DNA of 64,000 bases from contig OZ024741.1 of assembly GCA_964016885.1 (NCBI GenBank), forward strand, positions 163,804,001 to 163,868,000, given 5' to 3'. Position numbers and translations under genes: made by a program. Source of the DNA: Eledone cirrhosa (lineage: Eukaryota). The notes under the pieces are model-generated. The model was not told the DNA's origin and did not search any database. It saw nothing but the letters and a program-made list of their open reading frames with translations. Positions 39,978 through 53,150 of the stretch are shown one piece after another; positions within the stretch are counted from its first letter, which is position 1; the number at the start of each line of letters is the position of its first letter.

Positions 39978-40088
39978 GTATTAACAATTGTTTCATTGAT
40001 CAGATGAGTCTAGAGGCCGCTAATCGCTCGAAGTTGAGTCATTCGATCTCCAATACATTATTTACCTCTGACCAAATCCTCAGAATAC
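39978..40088 (-). ncRNA. Type I hammerhead ribozyme with long stem II insert
   Basis: Reverse complement reads GTATT-CTGAGGA-TTTGGTCAGA...TCTGATCAAT-GAAA-CAATTG-TT-AATAC. Confidence 0.75.
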
Positions 40089-41269
40089 GAATAATTCATA
40101 CATGTCATGATATATATATAGAGAAATAGCGTATACTCAAAACAATAACAGCAATAATAAAATGATAAAGAAGTAAAGAAGTTACAGATGTAAAAAGTAG
40201 AAAATAAGAAAAAGATACAGTAAAAAAGTAAGAAAATGGAAAAATAATAAAAAATATAAAACAATAAGGATAAGTGAGAGCATATAAGTACAGAATATGA
40301 TAGTGGTGGTGGTGAGTAAGTGTCCGGTGAAGGATGCTGTGGTGGATTTAGTGCTAATATGCAAAGTCATATTCGAAGAATATGACTTTTACATTATATA
40401 CATGTCTGTGTACATTTTAATTATTTAAAAATTATTTTTAAGCGAACGTGCTAGCGAACGTGACCCAACAGCTCAAGGGTAGTCTAGGATACCAATAATT
40501 TCGTAAAGGATCAGATTCGGCCTTATATCGGAGTAAATGAGATAAATTAGGAAACCAACCTAATAAAATAACATTTTTCAACGTCGTTTGATTGCAAAGG
40601 GTTAAAAGAAAAGACTTGTGTCAACAAATATTAATAGTAAAAGGGTTAACGCCAAAAATTAAATGTTTTCCAGTCTAGTTAAACAGAAAGTTTTATTTTT
40701 CTTATTATTTCCAAAAATTTAAACATGTTAGTTTCATTACTAGAACGAATGAGAAAGTAAAAAGAAATCACTATAGAATAATTGTAGAATAACTAACAAT
40801 GAGTGTTTCGATATAATTTATCCACTTGAATTGATGAATTCATTTCTGATACTGTGAATGCAAGAAAAAATTGAAATGCTTCCGAATTCGAGTGACAAAT
40901 GACGTTAATTTAGAATAGCAAGATTATATATAGATAATTTAGAATACCAAGTTTCTATAAAATAATTCTAAAATGCTAGCACTGTGCAAAAACTACGTCA
41001 CACAAGCAGAAAGGAAACATGGTTGAAATAGAAATATTTACGTTTATATATATTTTTTTTTTCGTGCATAGATATTTGTATGGTGTTTTAGAAAATATTT
41101 GTGTAGTAGTATTTTCTTAGGGAATCCTTGCCAAAAGAGACATGAACTAACATGACCTTTACCTTTAGCAAAAAAAACTCTCTATCTCATGCCACAAACA
41201 TCTAGATCATTTTAAAATCTCCCGCTTTAAATGTTACTCTCGCGCTTTCACCTCCAACAGCGCATCCAT

Positions 41270-41580
41270 AACCAATTTTTTAAACCACTGACCACTTTGC
41301 CTCTAATTCTAGCAACTTTATTTACAAAATTCCATGTAAACACTTGCAAGCCTTTATACGTTGCTGAAACCGACCGTTGCCGTCGTTATCGCTTACACAA
41401 AAACTTCTTTGGCTTTTGTAATGGTCTCAATTCCTATCCAAACCCATAACTCGATATTTATGTTCGTCAGGCCTCTCCTTCAGCCGACTCTGTGAAGTAT
41501 CTCATGCCAATGTTCGACGCCCACTCGCAAATAGAGGGGAAACAATTTCTGTTCTGGGCAATCCTAATTGAGAGTTGTAG
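41270..41580 (+). pseudogene. Highly decayed Neptune-like PLE GIY-YIG fragment
   Basis: HFASNSSNFIYKIPC, a frameshift, then TCKPLYVAETDR. Confidence 0.5.
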
Positions 41581-41744
41581 GTAAGATATTTGTGTGCGTA
41601 TATGTAAATAATTTTTCTCAGCCTTGATACGTTCACCTATACTCCCCCTGTTAAATAATTCTCTTTTCCCCCTCCCTCGCTCTCGGTCACTCTCTATTTG
41701 TATATATATATATATATAATTATATATATATAATTATATATATA

Positions 41745-41782
<38 letters not shown>

Positions 41783-41796
41783 TATATATATATATA

Positions 41797-41874
<78 letters not shown>

Positions 41875-41887
41875 CACATATATATAT

Positions 41888-41998
<111 letters not shown>

Positions 41999-42196
41999 TA
42001 TATATATATAATTATATATATATATATGCATATATATATATATACATATATATATACACACACATATATATATATACAACAAAATATACGTATATATATA
42101 TATATACATATATACATATTTACATTTGTACTGCCACTTCGCTTCCACGTTATTTTTATGTTTTTTCTTTTCTGTTTACTGTCTCAACTTTAAAGT

Positions 42197-42262
<66 letters not shown>

Positions 42263-42265
<3 letters not shown>

Positions 42266-42687
42266 GAGGTTATATTTAATTTTTGGGATTCAACAAGCTT
42301 AAAAATGTTTATAACTGATATAAAGCACTCAACATATTAATGGAGTAAATACACAATATATTAATAAATGGAAACTATATTTATAAAACCATATTTATTT
42401 TATTATACATATTTCAAGGGCAACCAAGGCAAATTATGGTGCGCTTTCATCAGATAAAATACACATTTGTTTTATAAATAAATATTGACATACCCGGAAA
42501 AAAAGACAACCTTAACGGTTAGGAAGCTCCAACCGTTAAAGTTGTCTTTTTCCGGGTATCTCAATATTTATTTATAAAACAAATCTGTATTTTATCTGAT
42601 GAAAGCGCACCATAATTTGCCTTGGTTGCCCTTGAAATATGTATAATAAAATAAATATGGTTTTATAAATATAGTTTCCATTTATTA

Positions 42688-42694
<7 letters not shown>
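42263..42694. mobile_element. Non-coding HHR fold-back element, family B copy 2
   Basis: Arms 42355-42520 and 42531-42694 with a 10-nt loop; HHR on minus 42396-42461 and plus 42588-42653 (TATTTTAT-CTGATGA-AAGCGCACCA..TGGTTGCCCTT-GAAA-TATGTA-TA-ATAAAATA); homologous to 34836-35193. Confidence 0.88.
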
Positions 42695-42761
<67 letters not shown>

Positions 42762-43379
42762 AGAGTCTCTTAAACGTGTATTACACAAGAGTATCCTAGT
42801 TATATATATATTAGTTCTTTATAGTTTCTTTGCAGTATTACAATTCCTAAACACTTTACAGTTTCTATATTTTCAGTATCTATGGATACAGTGGTTGTTA
42901 TTGGTGTGTATTGCTATCTCTATAGTTGACAGGAGACTGGTATGTTGTTAATGTTTACGTTACCTTCACAGTGAGCAAAGTTTTTTTTTTTCTTTGTGTC
43001 AAGAATAAATTATTTAGATATATAAGATTTTAGCTGTACAAGTGGTATTGTTTTCACCTGGGTTTTCTGGGAATTGTGTATTGGATTACAGGAGGCAGGT
43101 GTTGATTAATAATATTTTCATATTAAATTTTGTTTTATGTTATGTGATGTAACAAATACTTCAGATAAACTATTTCTGAAGTCAATAAAGTGTTAGTTAC
43201 ATTACAAGTTTTTTGGGGTTTCCTTTTTACTGAGGAAATATTAATTCTAAAATGTTCATGTTATAAAGCTGCGATAAAACACTTCGCCTTCTTTGAGAAG
43301 AATATGAATATTTTCCCACAAACTCTCTTCCTTGCTCTCTCCCTCTCTCTCTTTATCGCTCTCTCTCTCTCTCTCTGTG

Positions 43380-43418
<39 letters not shown>

Positions 43419-43956
43419 CACACATACACACACACACATACAACACTCCTGCATATATGAGGTTCTGTTGCTTCGTGGTTTACTGAAGATTGTAATAAAA
43501 TCAACACTCTATGCTAAGGCAGAATATTTATATTAAAAACAAAAACGAGGTTTCACATTAAGGTCTGTATTGATTATGTACAGTTAAGACCCTTTCACAG
43601 ATGGGGGTGGCTCAGGATCTATGTAAACGCTATAAAAACCGGCTCCAGCCCAATCCGCTTATCAGACTTGTTAATCAAACAAAATCAAAATCTTATCTGA
43701 CTATATCCCGTACCAAACGATGTACACACGCCCCTAAATATAGGTATTGACCAATCACAGCGCACACCGTGAGACATACACTCAACAATGCACACACAGT
43801 CACACATACACGCACACACATACACATACAGTCACATACATACACATACATACACATACATACACATACAGTCACATACATACACATACATACATATATG
43901 TACATACATACACACACACACACATATATATACATACACACATGCACACCCACACA

Positions 43957-43997
<41 letters not shown>

Positions 43998-44650
43998 GTT
44001 ATTCCGGGTTGAATCGGAGGTAACCACAGTAAGTAAGGTACTCAATACATTGCAGAGTATAAAAGTTTTAATATAGATGAGATTCTACAGGACTAGAGCT
44101 ATTTCATTCTTTAGAAATCATCAGGAATCTGGGTATCAAAAAATAAGTATTGTATTTATAGGTCTCTTCAAGTGGTAGGAGAGGGTAGGGAGTGGGATGG
44201 GTGTAGGCCATTGGTTGATAGAGAAGGGAATTCATTAAAAGCTAATTCTTCAAAGCTATAGTTTATTTTTAGAGTAACAAAGGCAGAAAGAATTCTATAA
44301 ACAAGTTCAGGATGGGGTGCCACTCCTTATTTTTAAGTTTCTCCTAAGCTAACAGGTGTCTATAAGATCAGTGGGGGTCAGTCATGGTTGATTGGATTTA
44401 AAGGAAAGGGAGATTCTTTAAAAGCTAAATTCTTTAAGGTTCTACTAAGTGACAAAGGCCTAGAGAATTCTGTAGACAGATTCAAAATATTGAGTGCATA
44501 TCATACGATTATCTTCAAATTTCTCTTAAACTATTCAACTATATGCCACTTGAAGAGACCTATAAATACCATACTTATTTTTTGATACCCAGATTCCTGA
44601 TGATTTCTAAAGAATGAAACAGCTTTAGTCCTATAGAATCTCATCTATAT
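43998..44650. mobile_element. Non-coding HHR inverted-repeat element, family C
   Basis: Arms 44071-44176 and 44546-44650; HHR on minus 44080-44130 (AGATTC-CTGATGA-TTTCTAAAGAAT-GAAA-TAG CTCTAGTC CTG-TA-GAATCT) and plus 44591-44641; (TA)n on both sides. Confidence 0.8.
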
Positions 44651-45003
44651 ATATATATATATATATGAAAATATGGGTGAGTAGAATACTGCTGGTTGCA
44701 CATGGATAACATGTTATAAAATGAGTCCCTCATCAGTGATTTACCAAACGATCATGGGTATTTCATCGCATTAAAAATCATATACCTCACGTTGGAGCGA
44801 TAATAACTAAAATAAGTTATTAGGACAAAAGAAACGCGTAAAGCGAGTGAGACAAGTAAACAACACAGGGGGAAGCTAACCGAAGATGGAAATAAACACA
44901 AGCAACATAGTTATTCTTTCAGCATAAGCTGTGTGAATATATGAGCGAGTCGGAAATAAGACCTTTCGCTAGTGAATCCGGTGTTAGAAAGAATGAAAAC
45001 CGT

Positions 45004-45036
45004 TGCCTCTCTGTTTTGTTACCGTTCCATTTTTCA

Positions 45037-45078
<42 letters not shown>

Positions 45079-45111
45079 TGAAAAATGGAACGGTAATAAA
45101 ACAGAGAGGCA
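45004..45111. repeat. Palindrome centred on a (TA)n tract
   Basis: TGCCTCTCTGTTTTGTTACCGTTCCATTTTTCAG-(TA)n-CTGAAAAATGGAACGGTAATAAAACAGAGAGGCA. Confidence 0.9.
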
Positions 45112-45464
45112 GTACGAACAAAGGTTTATTAGTTTCACGCTCTTGAGAGTGAGGGGGGACGACGTTTCGGGCATAAGCCTTTCTTCAGGCGAAAAGTGTG
45201 TGGGAAGAGAGTTCCAAGGGTGTCTAGGGGAGTGGGGGAGAGACATTTAGAAAAAAGGGGGGAGAGGAAACGGTGGAAGGAGTACAAATGAATATATATA
45301 TATATATATATATCCAGGGAGAGTAACGGAGTTACTGTAGGTTCATCCAGGTGAGCACTCGATGTTTAGGTTCCTGTCAGTGGCGAGGTGTAGAGCTAAC
45401 CAGTAATATAATAATACAAGAATGATTTGTTAAGCCTTCATTACGTTTATTATTGGTGACGTGC

Positions 45465-45681
45465 AAGGCGGTGGATTGGCAGTATCGGTAGAGGATCGGA
45501 CGCCATGCTTTGCAGCATAGTGTTACGGCCCTTTATGATCTGAGTTCAAATCCCGCCGAGGTTAACTTTGCCTTTCATCCTTACGGGGTCGATAAAATAA
45601 AGTACTAGTCACGCACTGGGGTCGATTTAATCGACTTTCCCCTTCCCCAAAATTGCTGGCCTTGTGCCTATATAAGAAACC
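45465..45681 (+). mobile_element. Full-length SINE family 2 with perfect 16-bp TSD
   Basis: TSD ATTATTGGTGACGTGC at 45449-45464 and 45682-45697; B-box GAGTTCAAATCC. Confidence 0.9.
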
Positions 45682-45803
45682 ATTATTGGTGACGTGCGTT
45701 TTGCTATTGATCAGTTCAAGGTTCGATCTGTATCGATCTGGTCCGACTCTAGTATCAAAAGCTCGTCGGACCTCTGCTGTAGTAATGACAGAATGTATGT
45801 GCG

Positions 45804-45843
<40 letters not shown>

Positions 45844-46199
45844 GACGCACATGCATTTTTATATATACACATACACACATACTCTTTTATGTACACGCAC
45901 TAACACACAGTCATATAGTGTTAATGGGTATTGATGGCAGACATGGGTAGGCAAAGGGGTCTTCAGCTACAATGGCAATCAAAGTCAGACTCCAAAGACA
46001 TCACCATCCCCACTGACCACGGTAGCAACCACTCCACCGCCATCCCACAAACGATCGCAATAGCAACAGTCATCCCGTACACTGGCCTAGGTCAAATGTC
46101 ACACGTCATTTAAAATGTGCGTTTTAATCACTGTTTTGAGTTGTTCTGACTTACAACATCACACCGCAACACAACCACACAAAGGATAGAATAACGATA

Positions 46200-47600
46200 A
46201 TAATAGTGTCACCTTGACTGCCAGGGCAAATGCACTTTCAGACGAGTCCACCATACGACCTCTTTCGTCATGACCACCAGACAGACAAAAACAGCCTGCA
46301 AGAGGCTCAGGAAGGGCAATGAGGGCATTTTGACGATGGACTCAGTTTGCAGACGGATCTGTCCTACACGTGACAGCAGATGTTTGAAATAAACCCACAA
46401 GAGAGCGATACTCGGACACTGGACGAGTACGCGCGTGATGGTTTTTGTCGCTCTGCGTGCATCAGGGACATGCCCAGTTGACGGCACTTCCATGCCTATA
46501 GAGTTTATCTCGGGGCGGCAATGCTCTTCAATAGCACTACCAGGCCAGGCATTTCTGGAAGCCATCCATAGGCCCTGGACCGAAGGTCCTGTGGAAGTGA
46601 ATGGCTAGTTGATTTTTGACGACGCCCAGAGTTTCTCCAAGGACGTCGTCGCTTTTACCTATCACTAACCCTATATAGAACGCCAGGGTGGAGTTTCCAC
46701 CGATCGTAGTGCTCGATTGGCTGAGGGCTGAGACCGCTTGAAGATATTCTAGAATCCAAGCGTTCCCATTAGATCTCCGCTTTATCCAAGACTGCAGCTC
46801 CATCAAAGAGACGAGCTGGGGTACCACTTTCCTAACAAATGGCGACTATACCTGTTCACCGTTCAAGAAAAGCTGGAGTTTTCTTAGCTTTAGTACATGG
46901 CTGTGTATCATTAGCCACGGCACGCCCAGACTTCCACGCAGTGGGTGTTGACAGCACATGGATCACCTGACCACCAGAGCGAAAAATGAAAGCGCAAACG
47001 CTTTAGTCCAGTCAGACGAGGCTTTGTACAAGGCACGACGGTCAGGGGATGATGGAAGCGATGTACGCGTTCGGCACCTCCCCACGACATCTCAGGGATA
47101 GCTCGTTTTGGTTCATATCTGGGTGAGCGTGGCCACCATGCTCGTTACCTCGTCCCAGTTTTTGTCCGTCTGGAGGTCCGGACCAAACCGGGCCCCGAGC
47201 ATCTTTATCAGTCCCTCCGTTCTGCGTCTGCAACGCTGTTGAACGGCATGGATTTGCCTCTCCAAGTGCCGCGCTGCCTTTTACGGGTTCAGTTTCTCTT
47301 GCGTTAAGTTTTAATATTCTCTTAAGAAGTTGCGGACCACCTCGATTGCCGAGGCATTCGACACTATCACAGTGACGTTGTCCACATATGCTGATCCATC
47401 ACTACCTCGTTTCAGTTAGAGTGAGATGCCCTGCAACAGCTCCAGCTTCTGCACTAAAGGCTCCAGAATCAATGTGTACAGAAGTGAGGAGAGAGGGGAC
47501 CCTTGACAGACCGATTACATGTTTAGTAGAGTTATGGGACTGAAATTGTCCAATGTGTCCCTCTTGTTCTCGTCTTCCCTCATCAGCGTTACTACAATCT
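46200..47600 (-). mobile_element. Decayed Tx1/L1-clade LINE RT and C-terminal fragment
   Basis: LDNFSPITLLN, QGSPLSSLLYTLILEPL, AYVDN; many stops and deletions; repeats a region also present right of the gap, so it is a separate copy. Confidence 0.7.
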
Positions 47601-47875
47601 ATCTTTCTTTAAATACCACTTCAGAAGGAAGGTGAGCGTGTAGATAGAGATGCTACACCACAGTAAATTCGCTGAACGGTGGGTGAATGTGGCGAAAATG
47701 ACCCGAGTAAATGGGCCTTCTCTGTATATAAACCTGTAGGTTGAGGAAGACAAAAAGCGGGAAGACGGGAACACCTACAAAACGTGCTTCTGGGTGTTAA
47801 AGGTTGTTCTATCTACGGGGTGTAAAACAACCACCAGTAACGTTTCCCCCTGTTGGGGATTTCGATTATTATTTC

Positions 47876-48075
47876 NNNNNNNNNNNNNNNNNNNNNNNNN
47901 NNNNNNNNNNNNNNNNNNNNNNNNNNNNNNNNNNNNNNNNNNNNNNNNNNNNNNNNNNNNNNNNNNNNNNNNNNNNNNNNNNNNNNNNNNNNNNNNNNNN
48001 NNNNNNNNNNNNNNNNNNNNNNNNNNNNNNNNNNNNNNNNNNNNNNNNNNNNNNNNNNNNNNNNNNNNNNNNNNN
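47876..48075. other. Assembly gap (200 N)
   Basis: Run of N. Confidence 1.
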
Positions 48076-51000
48076 AATACTTACAAGAGGGACGAGAGGG
48101 GACATCTTTGGCGGACCGAGCGCATGATGTTGAATGGTTCCGAAAGGTAACCGTTCACTCTCACCACAGAGCAGATGAAGACGGGTCCCAAAGCCAGCTG
48201 CCTCAGGACTGCCGCTAGGTACGATGGTCGACCCTATCGAAAGCTTTCGACTGATCGAAATTGATCAAGGGCCCACCCGTGCAGGTTCTCTCTACGATGT
48301 ATCGCATGAGGTGGAGGTTGTCGTGGATGGATCTGTCGGAATGGCGCATGTCTGCGCCTCTCCCACCAGACCACCTACGACAAGCGCCAACCTCTTTGCT
48401 AGCACCTTGGCCAAAATCTTGAACTCTGTGTTTAGCAGAGTTATGGCCTGAAATGATCTATGTTATCCCCCTTGTTCGGATCCTTTCTCAGCAGCTCCAC
48501 AGCTCCTCGGCTCACAGAGCTTGGAATTCTCCCGTTCTGTTGCCAGTTGCCGTAGACGTCCGCCAAGAGGCCTCCGAACAAGTCTGGCATCTGTACGTAA
48601 AGTTCATAGGGCAGACCATCTAAACCAGGCGATTTACCCCTTGTGCAGCCAGTCATTGCCTCCCGTACTTCAGCGGCTGTTATCGGCTTTTCGCAACACT
48701 CCGCCTCAGTGGCCGAAAGCCGCGGCAGTCCGTCGAGGTAGACACTAAAGTCCATCCCTCGAACCGGCCCGCCGCTGCCCCCGAACAGCTGAGCGAAGTG
48801 TCGCTGAAAAGCTTCATACATTTGCCCGGGATCGAGTAGCATGCGCTCGTTGTGGTCCACCAAAGACCGGATCGTGGCTTTGTTGCTACGACGCACCTCC
48901 GCCACTCTGGCCCATAAAACGGCTTTCATCCCCTCGTGTCTGAGAGCACGCACTCTAACTCTGACAACGCAGCCTTCGTGCTTTGCATTGAAGAATTGGT
49001 CAAGGGCCAATTTCGCCGCAAGTGCGTCGGTCGCGATGCCTAATTTTCTAACTAGTTCTCCCTCTGCTCTATTTTCCTCTATTGCTAAAGCCTTACTAAA
49101 CCTAATGGACTCTATTCTTATCGCTCTTTTCAGAGCAAACCACCACTTGTTGTTGACGATTGCCCCGTCAACGCCCGATTAACTAGTTCGCTAATCCGGT
49201 CTCTGTAGGCCTTGCGCGCTGGTAAGGACGCGTTTAGCTTCCAGTAGCCGGGTCCTTGTCTATGAAGCCTATCTATGTCAACCACACAGATTACGAATTT
49301 GTGGTCCGTGTAGCTGACTATCTTGAATTGTGAACAGCCTATGCTAGACCTATCTATTTCCCTACAAAATACTCTATCTAAATATGATCTGGATGACCCT
49401 ATGCGATTTGTCCAAGTCCACATTGGCACATTCGGGAAATCCAATCGGTATCTGTCAGACAGTTCAAAACGCATAAGCAGGTTGGTGAGGCTCTTGCACC
49501 CTCCTCCCCTATCCGCTAATCCCACACACTCCCAGCGTGTATCTAAGATCGCGTTCCAGTCGCCCACTAACACTAAAGAGCGGGACGTTCTAAGAAAGAC
49601 CTCCAGACGCCGGAAGAAATCAGGCCGCCCTGCTCCTGTCGGGGCATAGACTGCCACTAACCTGAAAGCTTGCCCGTATCCGTTGGTCACGTCCAGCACC
49701 ACCAACTTACCTTCTGGGTCCAGGAAGATGGTCTGTATGGTGAGATCCAAACCTCTCCGAAAAAGCATAGCAACTCCTCCCCAGGATCCAGGACAGCTGG
49801 GAGATGCGTACACATCGTAGCCGCCGAAGATCGGTTCGAAGGCCCGTGCTTCGGAGATTCTGGTCTCGCTTATGGCCACTACATCTATGTTTAGTGACCT
49901 GAGGTCGTTGAGCAGGTGGCTCTGCTTCCATGACGACCCCATGCCACGCGCACTTATGCTGCTTATTCTGAGTGAGGTCATGTTGAAAAGGAGTGGAAAA
50001 GATGGGAAAGTCCACTTACCTTACTTCTCGTAGAGGAAGGATTGTTTCTCCATCCTTTTCAGTGCTTGTGGCCTCCTCCGGAAGGATGTGCTTATTAATC
50101 CTACTGGATAGTGCTTGTGGGAAGTCTCCGATGTCTTTGGGGAATTGTTGTTTCAGTGTCGTGTACGTTTTCTGTGTGATTCGAGTCATTTGTATGTGGT
50201 GGTGTGAACTTTTGGGGTGTTGTGCAGTCTTTTTCTGTGATGCTGGTGTTGTGTGGATGTAGTGTAATAATTGGTTGTTGTTCAAATTTAATGCTGTGTA
50301 GTGTGTATCCTTTTGGTTGTTTTGTTTGTGTTTGTTGTGGGTTTGTTTCTGTTTCGCTTTTTGGTGACTTTTGTGGTGATGGTGATGGTGGTGTTGGGGT
50401 TTTATGATGGTGATTGTGTTGGTGTTTGTGGTGATGGGGTTGGTGATGCTGGTGTGGATGGTGGCATAGCTGTCCTAACTTTTTTGTTTGATAGTTTATT
50501 TGTTTCCCTCTTATTTTGTTTTTGGAGGGGGATGGAAGGGGATATTTTTCTTTTTTTGCTTCTTTTTCTGGGTTTTTTTCCTGATACAGTTTCCCACTCC
50601 TCGTCGTCACAATCTGTCTCCAGTTGCGATAGGTCGGGGAGTGGAAAATCCTCCACAGGTGTTGGTTTGGGTTGTGGCGTGGTGGATGGTGGAGGCGCCG
50701 GTGCTAGTTCTGGCGCGGTGGGTGTTGGTGGTGTTGGTTTTGCTTCTGTTGCTGGGGTTGTTGCTGTTACAGTTGCTTCTGTTGTTGCTGCTACAGTTGT
50801 TGCTGCCATCTCTGCTGCTGGTGGTGTTGATGGTTGAGTCACTGGGGTGGGTAAGAGAGGTGGCCTCAACTTTTTAGCCTGAGGGCAGAAAGCCTTTAGG
50901 TGGGTTCATTCACCACAAACGACACACCTAGGCCTTCTACCCTCGACGATTACGGTGAGGTGGTTGCCGTCAGTGAGGTGTATTACCTCTGGGATTTCCT

Positions 51001-52173
51001 CAATGCTTTTTTGATCCGCTTGGATCAGGAGCTCCATCCCAGATCCGGACCAGTTCTCCTGCTTTTCTTTTGATATTTCAATTATTTTGGTGTTGGCCTC
51101 GATGCCGGCGAGGACGGCAGCCATTAGCCAGGGAATTTCGATGGCCGGTGGAACGTGCGTCACCCTGATCTTTACGAATCTCTGGCCACAATAGCTTGGG
51201 ACGAGTGTGAAGTCGTCGCTTCTTAATGGGGCCATGGAGTGCTCTCTGGCCTCCTGTGGTGTTCTAAAGAACACGTCGACGGTTCCATATTTCTGCCCCT
51301 GTCTGATGTGAGTTTTTTCCGCCCACACATGTCCCAAAGCTTTTTGGATTTGGGACTTGGATGCCCGTTCCACTCGGCGCGATTTTGTGTTAATCGTCCG
51401 ATAAGACACGGTGCATAGGCGCCGATGCTCCATTTTATTAGGTGTGTGGGGGGGGGCTGACACTGTACCCATCTCTCTTTACCATTCTCTTGGCTTCATT
51501 TAATTCCTCCTGAGTTACCTCGATCGTTTCTCATTTCTTGGCTACTTTCGCAAACGACACATTTGTGGTGGTGTTGATGTTTTTGTTGTTATTCTCATTG
51601 TTGTTGTTACTATTGTTATTGTTATTTTTGTTATTGTTATTTTTAGTTTCAGTTGTGGTGGTGGTGGCATCAGTGGTGTTCGCTGTGAAAGAGTCGATTC
51701 TGGGTGAATCCATTTCGATGTCACAAGATAATAATTCATTTTTTTCTTTTGTTTCTGTTGTCGCTGTGGTGGTGGTGGGGGTGGCGGCTTTAACACCTGC
51801 AGTTTTTGGTAATGGCAGGAAATGAATGTCTGCATGAGACAAATTTAAATTATTGCTACTGTTTATATTTTTAGTGTTGGCAAACGTAGTAATATTTACA
51901 ATGGTGGGGTTGGTGTGAGGTGTTAGTTTGTAAGGAAGGCTGTCAGCTTGGTGTAGCTGTGAGATGTCCAAGAAATCTTTTGTTAGATAATTATAAAAGT
52001 TTAAAATTTGAGCTCAAGGCCCCAATCTTTTTGAGTGTCCTTTTCCGAAAACAATATATGTGAAATTATAAACACTTAACAACAAAATTTTTCCATAAAT
52101 GGCAATTTGAAACAACTGAAAACAACAAACCTTTGCGGAGCTCACAATAATACTATTTCCTACGTAGGTCGCC
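48076..52173 (-). mobile_element. Tx1/L1-clade LINE: ORF1 (CCHC knuckle) and ORF2 (APE endonuclease plus RT start)
   Basis: ORF1 pieces 51531-51971, 50906-51472 (RPRCVVCGE*THLKAFCP) and 50402-50869. APE in 49130-49981 (ISETR, VYAP, GDWNA, LDRVF, TDH, GYWKLN); KSPGLDGLPYELY in 48441-49010; 5' end abuts (AAT)n. Confidence 0.9.
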
Positions 52174-52214
<41 letters not shown>

Positions 52215-52231
52215 TAATAATAATATTAATA

Positions 52232-53150
52232 AAGGAGGAGGCTATCCCACTGTGCAGGATGTGTGGAGAGAGAGAGGAGACTGTGGCTCACATTGTATCC
52301 GAGTGTAAACCTCCCACTTTAAGTCCTATAATCTGTTAATTTTCTCGCTCTCCTTCTCTTGCACTCTCGCGTCGAATGGGCAGGCTACATCCACAATCAG
52401 GCACGATCTTTTTTCCTTGTCCAAAACCACCAGGTCAGGTCTATTGTGTTCCAGTTTCTAGTCCGTCTGTATACTAAAATCCCACAGCACCTTCACCTGA
52501 TCGTTTTCTATCATCGACTCTGGCTTATGCTCATACCACTTCTCAGAATGTGGTAAATGTTTACTTTGCATAGGTGCCAGTGGATCACCCTGCCCATCAC
52601 ATCATGTCTCCAGCCCTTATAGTGAGTCTGGGCTAGGTGTTTACACTCGGATACAATGGGAGCCACAGTCTCATCTCTCTCTCTCCACAGATCCTACACA
52701 GTGGGCTAGCCTCCTCCTTGTAAATATGATGTTTCAACAACTTCGTTTTGAGGGCCTGCTCTTGCGCAGCCATTAGCATTCCTTCTGTAGTCTTTTTAAG
52801 GTCTCCTCTTTTCAACCAGTTCCATGTCTGTGGATCTCTGAATTCAGTTTTCTCAAAGAAGGTACTATGAAGGGATTTTCCATGAAGGTTGCTCTTCTCC
52901 TCGTTGTTATTTCCTCCTTGGATATCCCCTGGTCTATTGTCCTCTCCTTTAGTACAATTCTGAGCATTGGCCCCCTACTATCAGCCACGTATTTGTGTAG
53001 GTTATTTTTCTCCATCTGAACACAGTCCTCTATGCTGATAAGACCTCTTCCACCTTCAGATCTCCTTAAGTAGAGTCTATCGACATCACTCCTCTTGTGG
53101 AACATATTGTAGATAGTCAATAGCTTCCTAGTCTTCCTATCCATTTCTTC
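52232..53150 (-). mobile_element. R4/Dong-clade non-LTR retrotransposon 3' fragment (restriction-like endonuclease)
   Basis: DVDRLYLRRSEGGRGL, AAQEQAL, CRICGE..HIVSEC zinc knuckle, RHD, LWDF, RPDLV..IVDVACP; flanked by (TAA)/(TTA) repeats. Confidence 0.85.

Noticed and set aside
40595-40650. AAAGGGTTAA piggyBac-like ends (also ~59840)
   Set aside because: No matching left end or transposase seen
44725-44780. GAAA...CTGATGA arrangement read as a type II hammerhead or a SECIS
   Set aside because: Lacks the UH cleavage site and consistent stems, and the SECIS geometry is unconvincing
50010-50025. AG/GTAAGT splice-donor match at the Tx1 ORF1 stop
   Set aside because: A single short motif expected by chance, with no supporting acceptor
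50301-50877. Long plus-strand V/G/A-rich ORFs
   Set aside because: Antisense shadows of the T/P-rich Tx1 ORF1 tail
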